The notes: generated by a model from the letters alone, not told the origin. Counted from the stretch's first letter, positions 1 to 8,811 are shown. The stretch: DNA of 64,000 nucleotides from an uncultured Sediminispirochaeta sp. (GCA_964603735.1 CAZRWN010000003.1:22745-86744); one strand, 5' to 3'. Program-made: numbers and translations.

Positions 1-968
1 CAGGACTCGCCCACTCCGTAGCGGTCGATCAGCGCACCCATGGTCATACTGTCGGTGGTAATCACGCCTTCGAACCCCAGTTCCTTGCGTAGCAGATTGG
101 TAACGATCGGCCGCGACACGGTAGAGATAGTATCGCCGTCGATGTGTGGGTACATGCAGTGGGCCACCATAATGGAATCGATGCCGGCCTCGATCAGCCG
201 CTTGTAGGGATACAATTCAACCTCGTGAAAGCGCTTATTATCGACTTCCAGTTTCGGACAGGCGTGGTGGGCATCGGTGGCGCTGTCGCCGCGGCCAGGA
301 AAGTGCTTGGCAGCAGCAATCACCCCGGTTTCTTTAAATCCCTGCAGCATGGCGACGGCGTATTCGGCCACCAGGGCGGGATCGTCACCGAAGGCGCGAC
401 GTCCGATCTCCGGGTTCTGCGGATTGATGTTCACATCCACCACCGGCGAATGAATCATGTCCAGGCCGGCGGCTTTCATCTGTAATCCGACGGCCCGGGC
501 AACCTCATAGGCCATATGCGGGTTGCCGGAGGCGGCCAGTCCCAGATTGGAAGGAAACTGCACCACTCCGCCGCGGCTGTAGTCCTTGCTGGTATCGCCC
601 TCCTGGTCTACCACCATATGCAGGGGGATCCCCGGATTGCGCACCGCCGCCAGCTCGCGCAGCTCGTTCAGCATTTCTACGAACCGGGCCGGGCTTGCAT
701 AGGGTGGCTCGCCCGATTTGGCAATTTTCTGCAGGGAGGGTACATAATCCGGCCCCAAATCCTGCTGCTTGGCCCGCTCATCGCTGAAATAGCGAAAAAT
801 TCGGTAAAAAGGAGATAATCGGACCCCTCCGCACTGATACCTCGTAATTGCTTCGCGCAGGTCGTTGGTGATTGTCGTACCCGACATACCTACTACCACA
901 CACTGGCCTATTTTCTGTTCAACGGACATCTGTCCGACTGTTTTCTCAATAAATTCTTCTCTGGTCAC
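1..968 (-). CDS. Glycoside hydrolase family 3 (NagZ / beta-glucosidase-like), N-terminal part; the gene runs off the window start
   Basis: Absent from the ORF track because it leaves the window. Reverse translation from GTG at 968 (SD AAGGAGAGAA at 980-971) gives VTREEFIEKTVGQMSVEQKIGQCVVVGMSG. It contains KHFPGRGDS (nt 281-308) and GVITTDSMTMGAL (nt ~30-69), the GH3 signature and nucleophile-Asp region. Confidence 0.8.
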   Translation of the reverse strand, partial: MTREEFIEKTVGQMSVEQKIGQCVVVGMSGTTITNDLREAITRYQCGGVRLSPFYRIFRYFSDERAKQQDLGPDYVPSLQKIAKSGEPPYASPARFVEMLNELRELAAVRNPGIPLHMVVDQEGDTSKDYSRGGVVQFPSNLGLAASGNPHMAYEVARAVGLQMKAAGLDMIHSPVVDVNINPQNPEIGRRAFGDDPALVAEYAVAMLQGFKETGVIAAAKHFPGRGDSATDAHHACPKLEVDNKRFHEVELYPYKRLIEAGIDSIMVAHCMYPHIDGDTISTVSRPIVTNLLRKELGFEGVITTDSMTMGALIDRYGVGES

Positions 969-1045
969 ACTTCTCTCCTTCCGCACCTCATCTGTCAGTA
1001 GTTCCATTGGAGTTCTGTACTATTTTCTGTATACTTAGAAGAGGA

Positions 1046-1081
1046 GCGGGGGCTGTAAGCCACACACTTGCCGGCCCCCGC
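1046..1081 (-). other. GC-rich intercistronic hairpin between the binding-protein gene and the GH3 gene
   Basis: GCGGGGGC (1046-1053) pairs with GCCCCCGC (1074-1081), extendable by two more pairs. There is no clear U-tract, so it is more likely an mRNA-stability or attenuation hairpin than a full terminator. Confidence 0.3.
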
Positions 1082-1122
1082 CTTCTTACCAGGGGGTAAG
1101 AACCTTTCTTATCCCCTGTGTT

Positions 1123-2577
1123 TTAATAGTTCTTCATCGGATCCCAGTCCGGGAAGATGAAATCGTCTTTGCTCACATCAGCACCTTCCGAGCGGGCTTT
1201 TTCGATGTTGCGCTCGAGCTGTTCGGCCATTTTTTCGTTCCAGGCCGCGGCTTCTTTCAGATAGTAGTCCTCTCCTTTCAGCAGCGAAGCACTGAAAATC
1301 TCCGCCAGATTAGGCGATACACTGGGCCACTGCACTTTTCCGGCATCCGGATTCTGGGTGACCGGCTCCGGGTGGTTTCGCACAACCTCTTCGGCGATTT
1401 CTAAAAAGCGTTTCTGGAACCAGGTGGCATTACTGGTGTCAACCTCTCGGTTTCCGGGAAACACGCCGTTCTGATCAAAGTTAGCCTTCTGAAACTCTTT
1501 GCCGTGCAGCCATTTATAGACTTCTGCGGCAGCTTCCGGGTGTTTGGTTTGGGAAGACATGAATACCGAACCTTTAGCCAAACTCATGTAACGGTACGCA
1601 CGACGGCCGCTGTCGGGAACCGGTACATAGGCAATTCCGAAGTCCAGATCTTCATAGCCCATGGAGTTCCAGGTGCGCGGCATCCAGGTTCCGTCGAGGT
1701 AGAAGGCGGCGCGGTTTTCACCGAACAGGCTGCGAGCAGCCTCTTTTTTCATCGAGCTCCAACCGGGAGCCACGCTGCCGTCGTCCAGCAGGCCTTTCAG
1801 CAGGCGATACACTTCAAGATGGTTATCATTAGCAGCCTTGAACTCGCCATCGCGATAATCATAACCTACCCGGCCGTAGCGTATATCTCCAGATGCGGGA
1901 GTTGCGGTGGTAAAAAAGCCCTGCAGGGGTCTGTCCATGCCGCTGCCTACGCCGTGCAATGCGATACCGTAGTATTTTCCATCACCGGCATCAGTGATCT
2001 TACGACACACCTCGCGGAACTCGGAGAAGGTCTCCGGCATGTCCTTTTCCGGATCGAGACCGGCCATTTCGAATACTGTTTTGTTGTAGAAGAGCAGTCC
2101 GTGCAGCTTTACAAAGCGGTTTTCAAACGGGAGGGTGTAAAGCTCATCATCATAGAGCAGAATCCCCTCCTGAAAGCGGCGCTGATCAAATTGAGCAAGA
2201 AAGTCATCGTCCATGTAATCACCGATCGGACGAATCCAGTCCTGCGCGATGTAGTCCATGGCGCTCATTTCAGGCGAAAGCCAGAACAGATCGGCAGCCT
2301 GGCCGCTTTTCAGAGACAGGGGCAGGGTCTGTTGATACTGATCCTGAGCATAGGTCTCGAAGTTCACTTTAATGTTCGGATGTTCGGCTTCGAACTTTGC
2401 CGCCTGATTTTCGAAAAACTTCTGATTTTCCTGCGACCAGTTCCATACGGTTACCGTCACCGGTCCGGCTTTTTGTTCGGTTTCAGCCGACTCTTCCTGG
2501 GCACCTCCCGCCCACAGAGCCGGAGCCATCAGCACTACGAGTGCTACCAAAAGGATGATACTTTTCTTACGCATCAC
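1123..2577 (-). CDS. ABC transporter extracellular solute-binding protein (carbohydrate type)
   Basis: 484-aa ORF with an N-terminal signal peptide (MMRKKSIILLVALVVLMAPALWA). Length and composition fit family-1 sugar-binding proteins. It sits directly downstream of two MalF/MalG-type permease genes. Confidence 0.8.
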   Translation of the reverse strand: MMRKKSIILLVALVVLMAPALWAGGAQEESAETEQKAGPVTVTVWNWSQENQKFFENQAAKFEAEHPNIKVNFETYAQDQYQQTLPLSLKSGQAADLFWLSPEMSAMDYIAQDWIRPIGDYMDDDFLAQFDQRRFQEGILLYDDELYTLPFENRFVKLHGLLFYNKTVFEMAGLDPEKDMPETFSEFREVCRKITDAGDGKYYGIALHGVGSGMDRPLQGFFTTATPASGDIRYGRVGYDYRDGEFKAANDNHLEVYRLLKGLLDDGSVAPGWSSMKKEAARSLFGENRAAFYLDGTWMPRTWNSMGYEDLDFGIAYVPVPDSGRRAYRYMSLAKGSVFMSSQTKHPEAAAEVYKWLHGKEFQKANFDQNGVFPGNREVDTSNATWFQKRFLEIAEEVVRNHPEPVTQNPDAGKVQWPSVSPNLAEIFSASLLKGEDYYLKEAAAWNEKMAEQLERNIEKARSEGADVSKDDFIFPDWDPMKNY

Positions 2578-2602
2578 ATCTCCTCCTTAGATTTTTGTGC
2601 AT

Positions 2603-3457
2603 TTATCCCTTCACTGCTCCCGCTAATCCCTCTATGAAATAGCGCTGAAACAGGAGAAATACCAACATCATTGGTAAAATCGATATCGAAGCCGCGGCGG
2701 CCATGGCCGCCCAGTCACTGGAGAACTCTCCGACAAAGGCATACATTCCGACGCCCAGGGTTCTCAGATTGGGTCGACTGAAGGTAAAAACCAGGGGAAT
2801 CATAAATTCCTTCCATGCTCCGATGGTATTCAGAATGGTCACCGTACCGATAATCGGTTTGGCCAGCGGCAGCATAATGTGCCGGAACTGCTGCCAAAAG
2901 TTGCAGCCGTCCATCGCCCCGGAGTCCTCCATTTCGCGGGGGACGCCGACGTAAAAACCGATGAACAGGAGAATGGCAATTACCAGGGTTTTACTGGTGT
3001 AGGCCAAGGTGTATCCGATGCGGCTGTTAAGCATACCCAGCATATCGGCCAGCTGGAACAGGGGAATGATCGTGGTAGCCCCGGGGACCACAGTAGTCCC
3101 GATAAGCAGCAGCATAATCAGCCGCTTGCCCGGAAACTGAAAGCGACCCAGGACATATCCGCTGGTCGAACCGAGAAAAATGATCAGCAGAACCACGCTC
3201 ACCGCAAAAATGACGGTGTTGAGAAAGTAGATGGAAAAGTTCGAAGTGGTCCAGGCGCGCACGTAGTTGTTCAGCTGAATGGGATCCGGAATGAGACCGG
3301 CGCTGTTGTTCCACATCTGCGCATTAGTTTTCAAACTGGCAGAGATCATCCACGCAATCGGGTACATCCAGATAATACAGAGAACGGTCAGTACTATATG
3401 CAGCAAACTGCGGCGCATAAATCTTCTGAATACATCTAAAGTTGTTGTATTAGCCAT
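2603..3457 (-). CDS. Carbohydrate ABC transporter permease (MalG-like)
   Basis: 284 aa, multi-pass membrane protein. It has an EAA-like loop (GVPREMEDSGAMDGCNFWQQFRHIMLPLAKP) typical of binding-protein-dependent permeases. Confidence 0.9.
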   Translation of the reverse strand: MANTTTLDVFRRFMRRSLLHIVLTVLCIIWMYPIAWMISASLKTNAQMWNNSAGLIPDPIQLNNYVRAWTTSNFSIYFLNTVIFAVSVVLLIIFLGSTSGYVLGRFQFPGKRLIMLLLIGTTVVPGATTIIPLFQLADMLGMLNSRIGYTLAYTSKTLVIAILLFIGFYVGVPREMEDSGAMDGCNFWQQFRHIMLPLAKPIIGTVTILNTIGAWKEFMIPLVFTFSRPNLRTLGVGMYAFVGEFSSDWAAMAAAASISILPMMLVFLLFQRYFIEGLAGAVKG

Positions 3458-4355
3458 GAGTGCCTCTCCCCACTATTTTGCCTTGCATTGTGCCGACCAC
3501 CATTATCAGCAGGCCGAAGAGTACGGCCACCGCCGAGGAGTAACCTATCCGCGGTGCTGCGGTGCTGAAGGCGTTGCGGTAGATAAAGGTGCCGATTACG
3601 TCGGTGGAAAATGCCGGCCCGCCGCCGGTCATCGCCATTACTATGTCAAAGACTCGCAGCGACATGACGATCCCGAGCAGACTTACAATTATAATGACCG
3701 GTTTCAACGCCGGAATGGTTACAAACAGAAAACTCTGCACTGAATTGGCCCCGTCGACTTCCGCCGCCTCATACAGCTCTTTGGGAATCGTCTGCAGGCC
3801 GGCCAGCCAGTAGATGATATACTGGCCCGAGTAGTGCCACACCTCAACCAGTATTACAACCGGCATGGCTAAATTGATATTACCCAACCAGTCAACCGGC
3901 CGTTCCAGCACGCCGAAGTCCAGCAGCAGCTTGTTCAGGGGACCATTCCACGGATTGAGGATAAAGGTCATGACGATACCGATGATCGCCGTAGAACTGA
4001 CCATGGGCAGGAACAGGCCGGTACGGTACAAATTAGTGAACCTCAGCTTCGGGTTGTTGAGCATGTAAGCGATGATCAGGGTCAACGGCAGCTTGATGGC
4101 ATTGTTGAGAACTACAAAAACAAATGTATTTTTGAAGGCATTCCAGAAATGAGGATCCCCAATCAGGTCGCGATAGTTGCGCAGCCCGACATAGTAACTC
4201 GGCCACTCGCCGATTCCGTTCCACTGGAAGAAAGAGTAGTAAATACTGGCTAATATCGGCCACAGTATAAACAAGAGAAACACAATCATGGTCGGCAGCA
4301 TGAAAAGAGCGATCCACAAATAGTTGTGCCCTTCCGGTTTTATTGCAGCATTCAT
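3450..4355 (-). CDS. Carbohydrate ABC transporter permease (MalF/UgpA-like)
   Basis: 301 aa with an EAA loop (YEAAEVDGANSVQSFLFVTIPALKP). It overlaps the next permease gene by 8 nt. Confidence 0.9.
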   Translation of the reverse strand: MNAAIKPEGHNYLWIALFMLPTMIVFLLFILWPILASIYYSFFQWNGIGEWPSYYVGLRNYRDLIGDPHFWNAFKNTFVFVVLNNAIKLPLTLIIAYMLNNPKLRFTNLYRTGLFLPMVSSTAIIGIVMTFILNPWNGPLNKLLLDFGVLERPVDWLGNINLAMPVVILVEVWHYSGQYIIYWLAGLQTIPKELYEAAEVDGANSVQSFLFVTIPALKPVIIIVSLLGIVMSLRVFDIVMAMTGGGPAFSTDVIGTFIYRNAFSTAAPRIGYSSAVAVLFGLLIMVVGTMQGKIVGRGTHG

Positions 4356-4429
4356 GCGCTATCCTCGTTAAAATGATGATACTTTATGGTAGCACAATAT
4401 TATAACTTGTCAACACTTTTTTCATAATT

Positions 4430-4461
4430 ATATAACACAATTTTATTTTTTGTACCGTACA
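4430..4461 (-). promoter_or_regulatory. Candidate operator region upstream of the ABC operon: 14-nt box ATATAACACAATTT plus palindrome TGTACCGTACA
   Basis: The box at 4430-4443 is identical to 5670-5683, upstream of the regulator gene. TGTACCGTACA (4451-4461) is an 11-nt palindrome resembling AraR-type TTGTACGTACAA operators. A TTGACA -35 (minus strand) lies at 4414-4409. Confidence 0.4.
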
Positions 4462-4524
4462 TTATTTAACTGAAATTTGTGTAAATTTTGTACCCGAAAA
4501 CATAAAATGCAGAGGAAAAGAATA

Positions 4525-5631
4525 TTACTGTTTTACAAATACCGATTTGCGAATGACCATTTCGGTTTTAAGGGTTTTCTCGAGATATACCGGAGCACGC
4601 CCGCTCATGAGTTCTTCCATAATTGCATACCCTTCGTGCACAAGGGAGGAGCGGTTAACCCGCAGGGTGGTGAGCGGCGGGCTGGCCAGATTGCTGGCCA
4701 TGATATCGTCGAAACCGACTACCGAGAAATCCTCAGGAATGGAGCGCCCGGCGGCATTCAGTAATGCATAAAGACGGAGCGCCGAAACATCGTTGTACCC
4801 GAAGGCCGCTGAAAAGCCCTCTTGCAGGTATTGGTGCAGCTGCTCGACTGTTTCATGCTCATGCGCATCGAAAGCGAACTCCTCCAGCCGGATGCCGGCA
4901 TCGCCCCAGCTCTTAATTGCCGACTCGAGCTGATTATAGCGCCGGTAACAGACCTCACTCTTCTCGAACTCCTTGGAAAAGGCAAATAGGAGCTTTTTAT
5001 GACCCATACTGACAATATAATTGAGCAGATCGCCGATTTTTTCCTCTGAAATGAGGACCGAGCCGAACTTTCCCGATGCCCCTTTCGGCAGAGTGCGGTT
5101 AATCAGTACGGTTGGAATTTCGTGCTGCCCCAGATAATCGAAGTAACACTGCGGCAAACTCCCCTGTACAAAGAAGCCGGAGGCTTTCAGCGCCTTCTCC
5201 TTGAACTCTTCGGGTACCAGCTCGACATTTTTATCGTATATGATGAAATCCGCATTGATCTTATTACTATTCATCAGCATAAAGTAGGAAAAGTAGATAT
5301 CGCGGCTGTGGCTGTTCTCGGGATTCTCCTGGTCGGTCAGCCAATGGCTGCGGGTACGGTCGACCAGCATGCCGATATAGCGGGACGGTGCCTCTTCATA
5401 CGGAATAGTGACCGTTGAGCCGGCTCCCTGGCGCGGCTGCAGGTAGCCGAGACTGGCCAGATAGGCGGTGGCCTTATTCACGGTTTGAGGATTAACTCCG
5501 TATTTTTCCGAAAGCTTGCGGATAGGCGGAATTTTTTCTCCAACCGTATAGACTCCAGCAACAATATCCCTCCGGATAGTATCGGCGATTTCCAAATATT
5601 TGTGTTTAGTGTGTGACTGAGTATCCATCAC
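4525..5631 (-). CDS. AraR-type transcriptional regulator (GntR-family winged HTH fused to a LacI/periplasmic-binding-protein-like sensor domain)
   Basis: The N-terminus YLEIADTIRRDIVAGVYTVGEKIPPIRKLSEKYGVNPQTVNKATAYLASLGYLQPRQGAGSTV is GntR-type. The C-terminal ~270 aa (VVGFDDIMASNLASPPLTTLRV) are LacI/GalR sugar-binding type. The start is GTG at 5631 or ATG at 5628. Confidence 0.8.
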   Translation of the reverse strand: MMDTQSHTKHKYLEIADTIRRDIVAGVYTVGEKIPPIRKLSEKYGVNPQTVNKATAYLASLGYLQPRQGAGSTVTIPYEEAPSRYIGMLVDRTRSHWLTDQENPENSHSRDIYFSYFMLMNSNKINADFIIYDKNVELVPEEFKEKALKASGFFVQGSLPQCYFDYLGQHEIPTVLINRTLPKGASGKFGSVLISEEKIGDLLNYIVSMGHKKLLFAFSKEFEKSEVCYRRYNQLESAIKSWGDAGIRLEEFAFDAHEHETVEQLHQYLQEGFSAAFGYNDVSALRLYALLNAAGRSIPEDFSVVGFDDIMASNLASPPLTTLRVNRSSLVHEGYAIMEELMSGRAPVYLEKTLKTEMVIRKSVFVKQ

Positions 5632-5635
5632 TCAA

Positions 5636-5683
5636 AGTATGGAAGTAAAACGGTCATTTGTCAACTTAAATATAACACAATTT
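5636..5683 (-). promoter_or_regulatory. Promoter of the regulator gene (TTGACA-17-CATACT) plus a second copy of the ATATAACACAATTT box
   Basis: Minus strand: TTGACA (5664-5659), 17-nt spacer, CATACT (5641-5636), then 7 nt to ATG at 5628 with no SD. The box lies at 5670-5683. Confidence 0.35.
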
Positions 5684-6350
5684 CTATTTTTTCTTTAATT
5701 GTATGTTACAATTTTTATACAAATATGGTGCACCTGCGGTTAGCCAGAGCCCAACGAAGAAGTAGCGTATCAGGTCCGCCGCCATAAAGTCGGCCGGAAA
5801 CAACACGGAAAACAGACCCTTGAGCCCGGCCCGTAGAGCTACCAACAGCCCCAGTCCGACAATCAGCTTGAGCGCCTGCAGCCACCAGGCAGCCTGCACC
5901 TCGAACCCGATATAGCGGTCTTCTAGCACATATCCCAGCCAGAATCCGAGCAGAGCGCCGAAGGGCTTTATATAATTCTCGTCCTTGAAGAGAAACAGAC
6001 CGACACCCAGCGGCAGCACTACCAGCAGCAGGAGCAGCTTGCTGCGGCGACGGGCTGCAAAGTCGAAGACCCGGTTTATCAGCAGGACCGTCAGCACTCA
6101 GGCCGCCACTCCGCCGATTACATCGCTCGGCCAATGGACCCCAAGATACATGCGGGAGAGTGCGACCAGAAAGATCAGCGCCGTACCGACCCGGTAGCCC
6201 AGCCGCTTGTTACCGCAGCACAGAAACCAGGCCGCCAGCACAATAAAAACAACTCTTCGGCGGTCATAGTAATGCCCTGAAACAGCACATCCAGCAGCGG
6301 CGAGCGTATCTGTTGAATGGCCTTGATCAATTCGACTTGCAGTTCTATTC
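5684..6350 (-). pseudogene. Decayed PAP2-family phosphatase gene (frameshift, internal deletion, in-frame TGA, no clear start)
   Basis: LSRMYLGVHWPSDVIGG is the PAP2 C3 motif. It is followed directly by an in-frame TGA (6097-6095), after which the reading frame continues as VLTVLLIN. The N-terminal PAP2-like text ELIKAIQQIRSPLLDVLFQGITMTAEELFLL lies in a different frame and joins WFLCCGNKRLGYRVG across a T5/A5 run near 6245. I found no KxxxxxxRP or genuine PSGH motif between them. Confidence 0.6.
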
Positions 6351-6431
6351 TCCAATCATACGCTCACCTATATCGGATTGTCAACTTATCGGCCGGACGC
6401 CCGAAAACGGCCGAATATGCCCTTTTCAGCC

Positions 6432-6460
6432 TTGACCCCTCGCCGTTCCCCGGGTATTAT
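6432..6460 (+). promoter_or_regulatory. Sigma70-like promoter ending 7 nt before the MFS start codon (leaderless candidate)
   Basis: TTGACC (6432-6437), 17-nt spacer, TATTAT (6455-6460), then TTTCTCC and ATG at 6468. No SD is present. Confidence 0.4.
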
Positions 6461-6467
6461 TTTCTCC

Positions 6468-7892
6468 ATGAAAGTAAATACACAGAAGCCTGAAGATACC
6501 AAATCCGCCGCGCAGGCGGCGAAGACGAGCGGGCCCGAACCGCTGCCAACCTGGAAAAAGTTCATGTACGCCCTGGGGCAGCTGGGCTGGGCCCTGACCA
6601 GTTACGCCCCCGGAATGCTGCTGGTCTATTACTACATGCCCCCGGAGTCCGGGCAACGGAGCTTTCCACCGCAGATTTTTCAGGGCTCGGTGTTCGGCGT
6701 ACTGACGGTTATCGGCCTGGCCTATGCCGCCGGCCGGCTCTTCGACGCGGTCACCGACCCGCTGATAGCGGGCCTTTCCGATCGCTCCACCCATCCGATG
6801 GGACGGCGGCGCTTTTTTCTTACTGTAAGTATCCTGCCCTTCAGCTTGCTCAGTTTTCTGATCTTTTTCCCTCCCCAGTCCGGAGTAACAATGCTCAATA
6901 CGGTCTGGGTGTTCGCTACTATTATTATCTTTTACTGGTTCATGACCATGTACGTTACACCCTACTTTGCCTGGATGTCGGAACTGGGGCACAGCCCCAA
7001 AGAGCGGCTGCTGCTCTCCACCCTCATTTCTATTACCTGGGCGGTAGGTACGGCTATCGGCAGTCAGGTCTACGCGATAAAGGCGGTATTCGAAAACCGC
7101 GGTATGGACCCGGCCCCGGCTTTTCAGCTGACGGTGGCTCTGTTCGCGGTAATCGGATTCATCTTCATGCTGCTGCCGATCATTTTTATCGATGAAAAAC
7201 GCTACTGCGAACAGCATGTCTCATCGGAAGGGATATTCGAGGCGCTGAAATCGAGCCTGGGGAACCGGAACTTCCGGGTCTTCGCCCTCTCCGACCTCTC
7301 CTACTGGATCGCCATCACCATCGCCAGCACGGGTCTGGTGTATTACGTGACGATCCTCCTGGCACTGCCGGAATCCTTTACCTCGACACTGCAGGTACTC
7401 ATGTTCGGTCTCTCGTTCGTGTTTTACGTGCCGGTCAACCTGATTGCCAATGCTACGGGCAAACGACGCCTATTAATCGTGGCTTTCTTTCTGTTTATAT
7501 TCGTGTACTGCTTCGTCTTCTTCCTGGGCCGGATGCCGATTACCCCGCGGGCCCAGGGCTACGCGCTTATCCTCTTGCTGAGCATGCCGATGGCTATTTT
7601 CGGAATTCTGCCCAACGCTATTATCGCCGACATTGCCGAGGCGGACGGCCGGCGCCGGGGAACCTTCAAGGCCGGCATCTTTTTCGGCGCCCGCACCTTC
7701 ATGTCGAAACTGGGTCAGATGGTCGGGGGCATCCTCTTTCCCAGCCTGCTGCTGCTCGGGCAGAGCCGTACCAACGACATCGGCATCCGGCTGACGGCCA
7801 TCGCAGCCCTCTTGTTTTTAGTGAGCGGTCTGCTATTATTCTTACTGTACCGCGAACGTGAGGTATTGGCGGTCTTGAATACGGAGGAGTAA
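6468..7892 (+). CDS. MFS transporter, glycoside-pentoside-hexuronide (GPH):cation symporter family
   Basis: About 12 TM segments. The motif DAVTDPLIAGLSDRSTHPMGRRRFF is typical of GPH/MelB-like carriers. The ORF track starts at TTG 6378; I prefer ATG 6468 because of the promoter geometry, so the start is uncertain. Confidence 0.75.
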   Translation: MKVNTQKPEDTKSAAQAAKTSGPEPLPTWKKFMYALGQLGWALTSYAPGMLLVYYYMPPESGQRSFPPQIFQGSVFGVLTVIGLAYAAGRLFDAVTDPLIAGLSDRSTHPMGRRRFFLTVSILPFSLLSFLIFFPPQSGVTMLNTVWVFATIIIFYWFMTMYVTPYFAWMSELGHSPKERLLLSTLISITWAVGTAIGSQVYAIKAVFENRGMDPAPAFQLTVALFAVIGFIFMLLPIIFIDEKRYCEQHVSSEGIFEALKSSLGNRNFRVFALSDLSYWIAITIASTGLVYYVTILLALPESFTSTLQVLMFGLSFVFYVPVNLIANATGKRRLLIVAFFLFIFVYCFVFFLGRMPITPRAQGYALILLLSMPMAIFGILPNAIIADIAEADGRRRGTFKAGIFFGARTFMSKLGQMVGGILFPSLLLLGQSRTNDIGIRLTAIAALLFLVSGLLLFLLYREREVLAVLNTEE

Positions 7893-7893
7893 C

Positions 7894-8811
7894 ATGACGC
7901 TGCTGTGGATTATTCTGTTACTGGCCGGACTGCTGCCGGCGGCCTATTTTGCAGTTGCCAGTTTCATGGGCCGCAAAGTCATTTACCAGCATCGCCACAG
8001 TACCGCCTATACCCTGGGTTTCGGCCTGCTGAACGAAGAGTTCGGTACAAGCGAACTGGACCTGCCTTGGGAGTACTTCGAGCTCGTCACGACTGGCGGA
8101 TTGACTATCAGAGGGCAATTATTGGACAACACAGCCGGCCGAACGGTGGTTTTCTGTCACGGCATCACCTGGACCCGCTATGGGATGTTCAAATATCTGG
8201 AGCCCTTTCTCGACGGCAGCTGGAATCTGGTACTCTACGACCACCGCGCTCACGGTGAAAGCGAGGGCCGCTTTGCAACCTACGGAGTGTTCGAGCGCCG
8301 CGATCTGGCCGACCTAATGCGGATGGTCCGCCGCCGCTGGCCCGGCAGCGCCACTCTGCTCTACGGCGAGTCGATGGGAGCGGCCACCGTGCTGCAGTAC
8401 CTGGCCGATGATCCGCTGGTCACCGCCGCCATCGCCGATTGTCCATTCTCCAGCCTGCGCGGAGAGCTGGTGCATCAGCTGTTTAATATGGGCGTCCCGG
8501 CCCGGCTGCACGGGCTGCTCTTAGCGATAGTGCGCAGATATATTCAGCGTAAAGCCCAGTTCGACTTTAAGCGGGTGGAGCCGGCCGCCGACGCGCTGGC
8601 CAGCAGCTGCCCCCTGCTGCTGACCCACGGCGCCGAGGACAACTATGTACCTACGCGGATGAGCGAGGAGCTGTACCGTGTACGCCGCCCCAAAGCCCCT
8701 ACGACACTACATCTGACACCGGAGGCCGGGCACGCGGAATCCATAAACACCGACCGGCAGACTTACATACAGGTCGTACGGGAGTTCATCGAGGGGATTG
8801 CCGCACTATAA
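7894..8811 (+). CDS. Alpha/beta-fold hydrolase with an N-terminal membrane anchor
   Basis: 305 aa with a GESMG nucleophile elbow (GxSxG) and HG(ITW) oxyanion region. SD GGAGGAG lies 5 nt upstream. Only one nt separates it from the MFS stop codon. Confidence 0.75.
   Translation: MTLLWIILLLAGLLPAAYFAVASFMGRKVIYQHRHSTAYTLGFGLLNEEFGTSELDLPWEYFELVTTGGLTIRGQLLDNTAGRTVVFCHGITWTRYGMFKYLEPFLDGSWNLVLYDHRAHGESEGRFATYGVFERRDLADLMRMVRRRWPGSATLLYGESMGAATVLQYLADDPLVTAAIADCPFSSLRGELVHQLFNMGVPARLHGLLLAIVRRYIQRKAQFDFKRVEPAADALASSCPLLLTHGAEDNYVPTRMSEELYRVRRPKAPTTLHLTPEAGHAESINTDRQTYIQVVREFIEGIAAL

Noticed and set aside
1504-2637. Long antisense ORFs opposite confirmed genes: 1504-2637, 6426-7217, 9174-9983, 11141-12361, 20168-21070, 31592-32578, 33200-34153, 43037-44401 and 45974-46906.
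   Set aside because: Each lies fully inside a gene with strong family motifs on the other strand. Their translations are low-complexity (Arg/Gly/Leu/Ala-rich) with no recognisable motifs and no SD. These are typical shadow ORFs of GC-rich coding sequence.
6095-6097. The in-frame TGA in the PAP2 gene as a possible selenocysteine or read-through codon.
   Set aside because: The TGA lies two residues after the C3 motif, where PAP2 proteins have an ordinary small residue. I see no SECIS-like hairpin immediately downstream. The gene also has a frameshift and a missing core, so pseudogenisation is the simpler explanation.
6270-6290. The VSGH tetrapeptide in the track ORF 6098-6355 as the PAP2 C2 motif (PSGH), which would make that ORF an intact short PAP2 protein.
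   Set aside because: The same nucleotides in the adjacent frame encode IRSPLLDVLFQGITM, a much longer match to the PAP2 N-terminal region. No KxxxxxxRP motif exists upstream of VSGH, because a stop codon immediately precedes the ORF.
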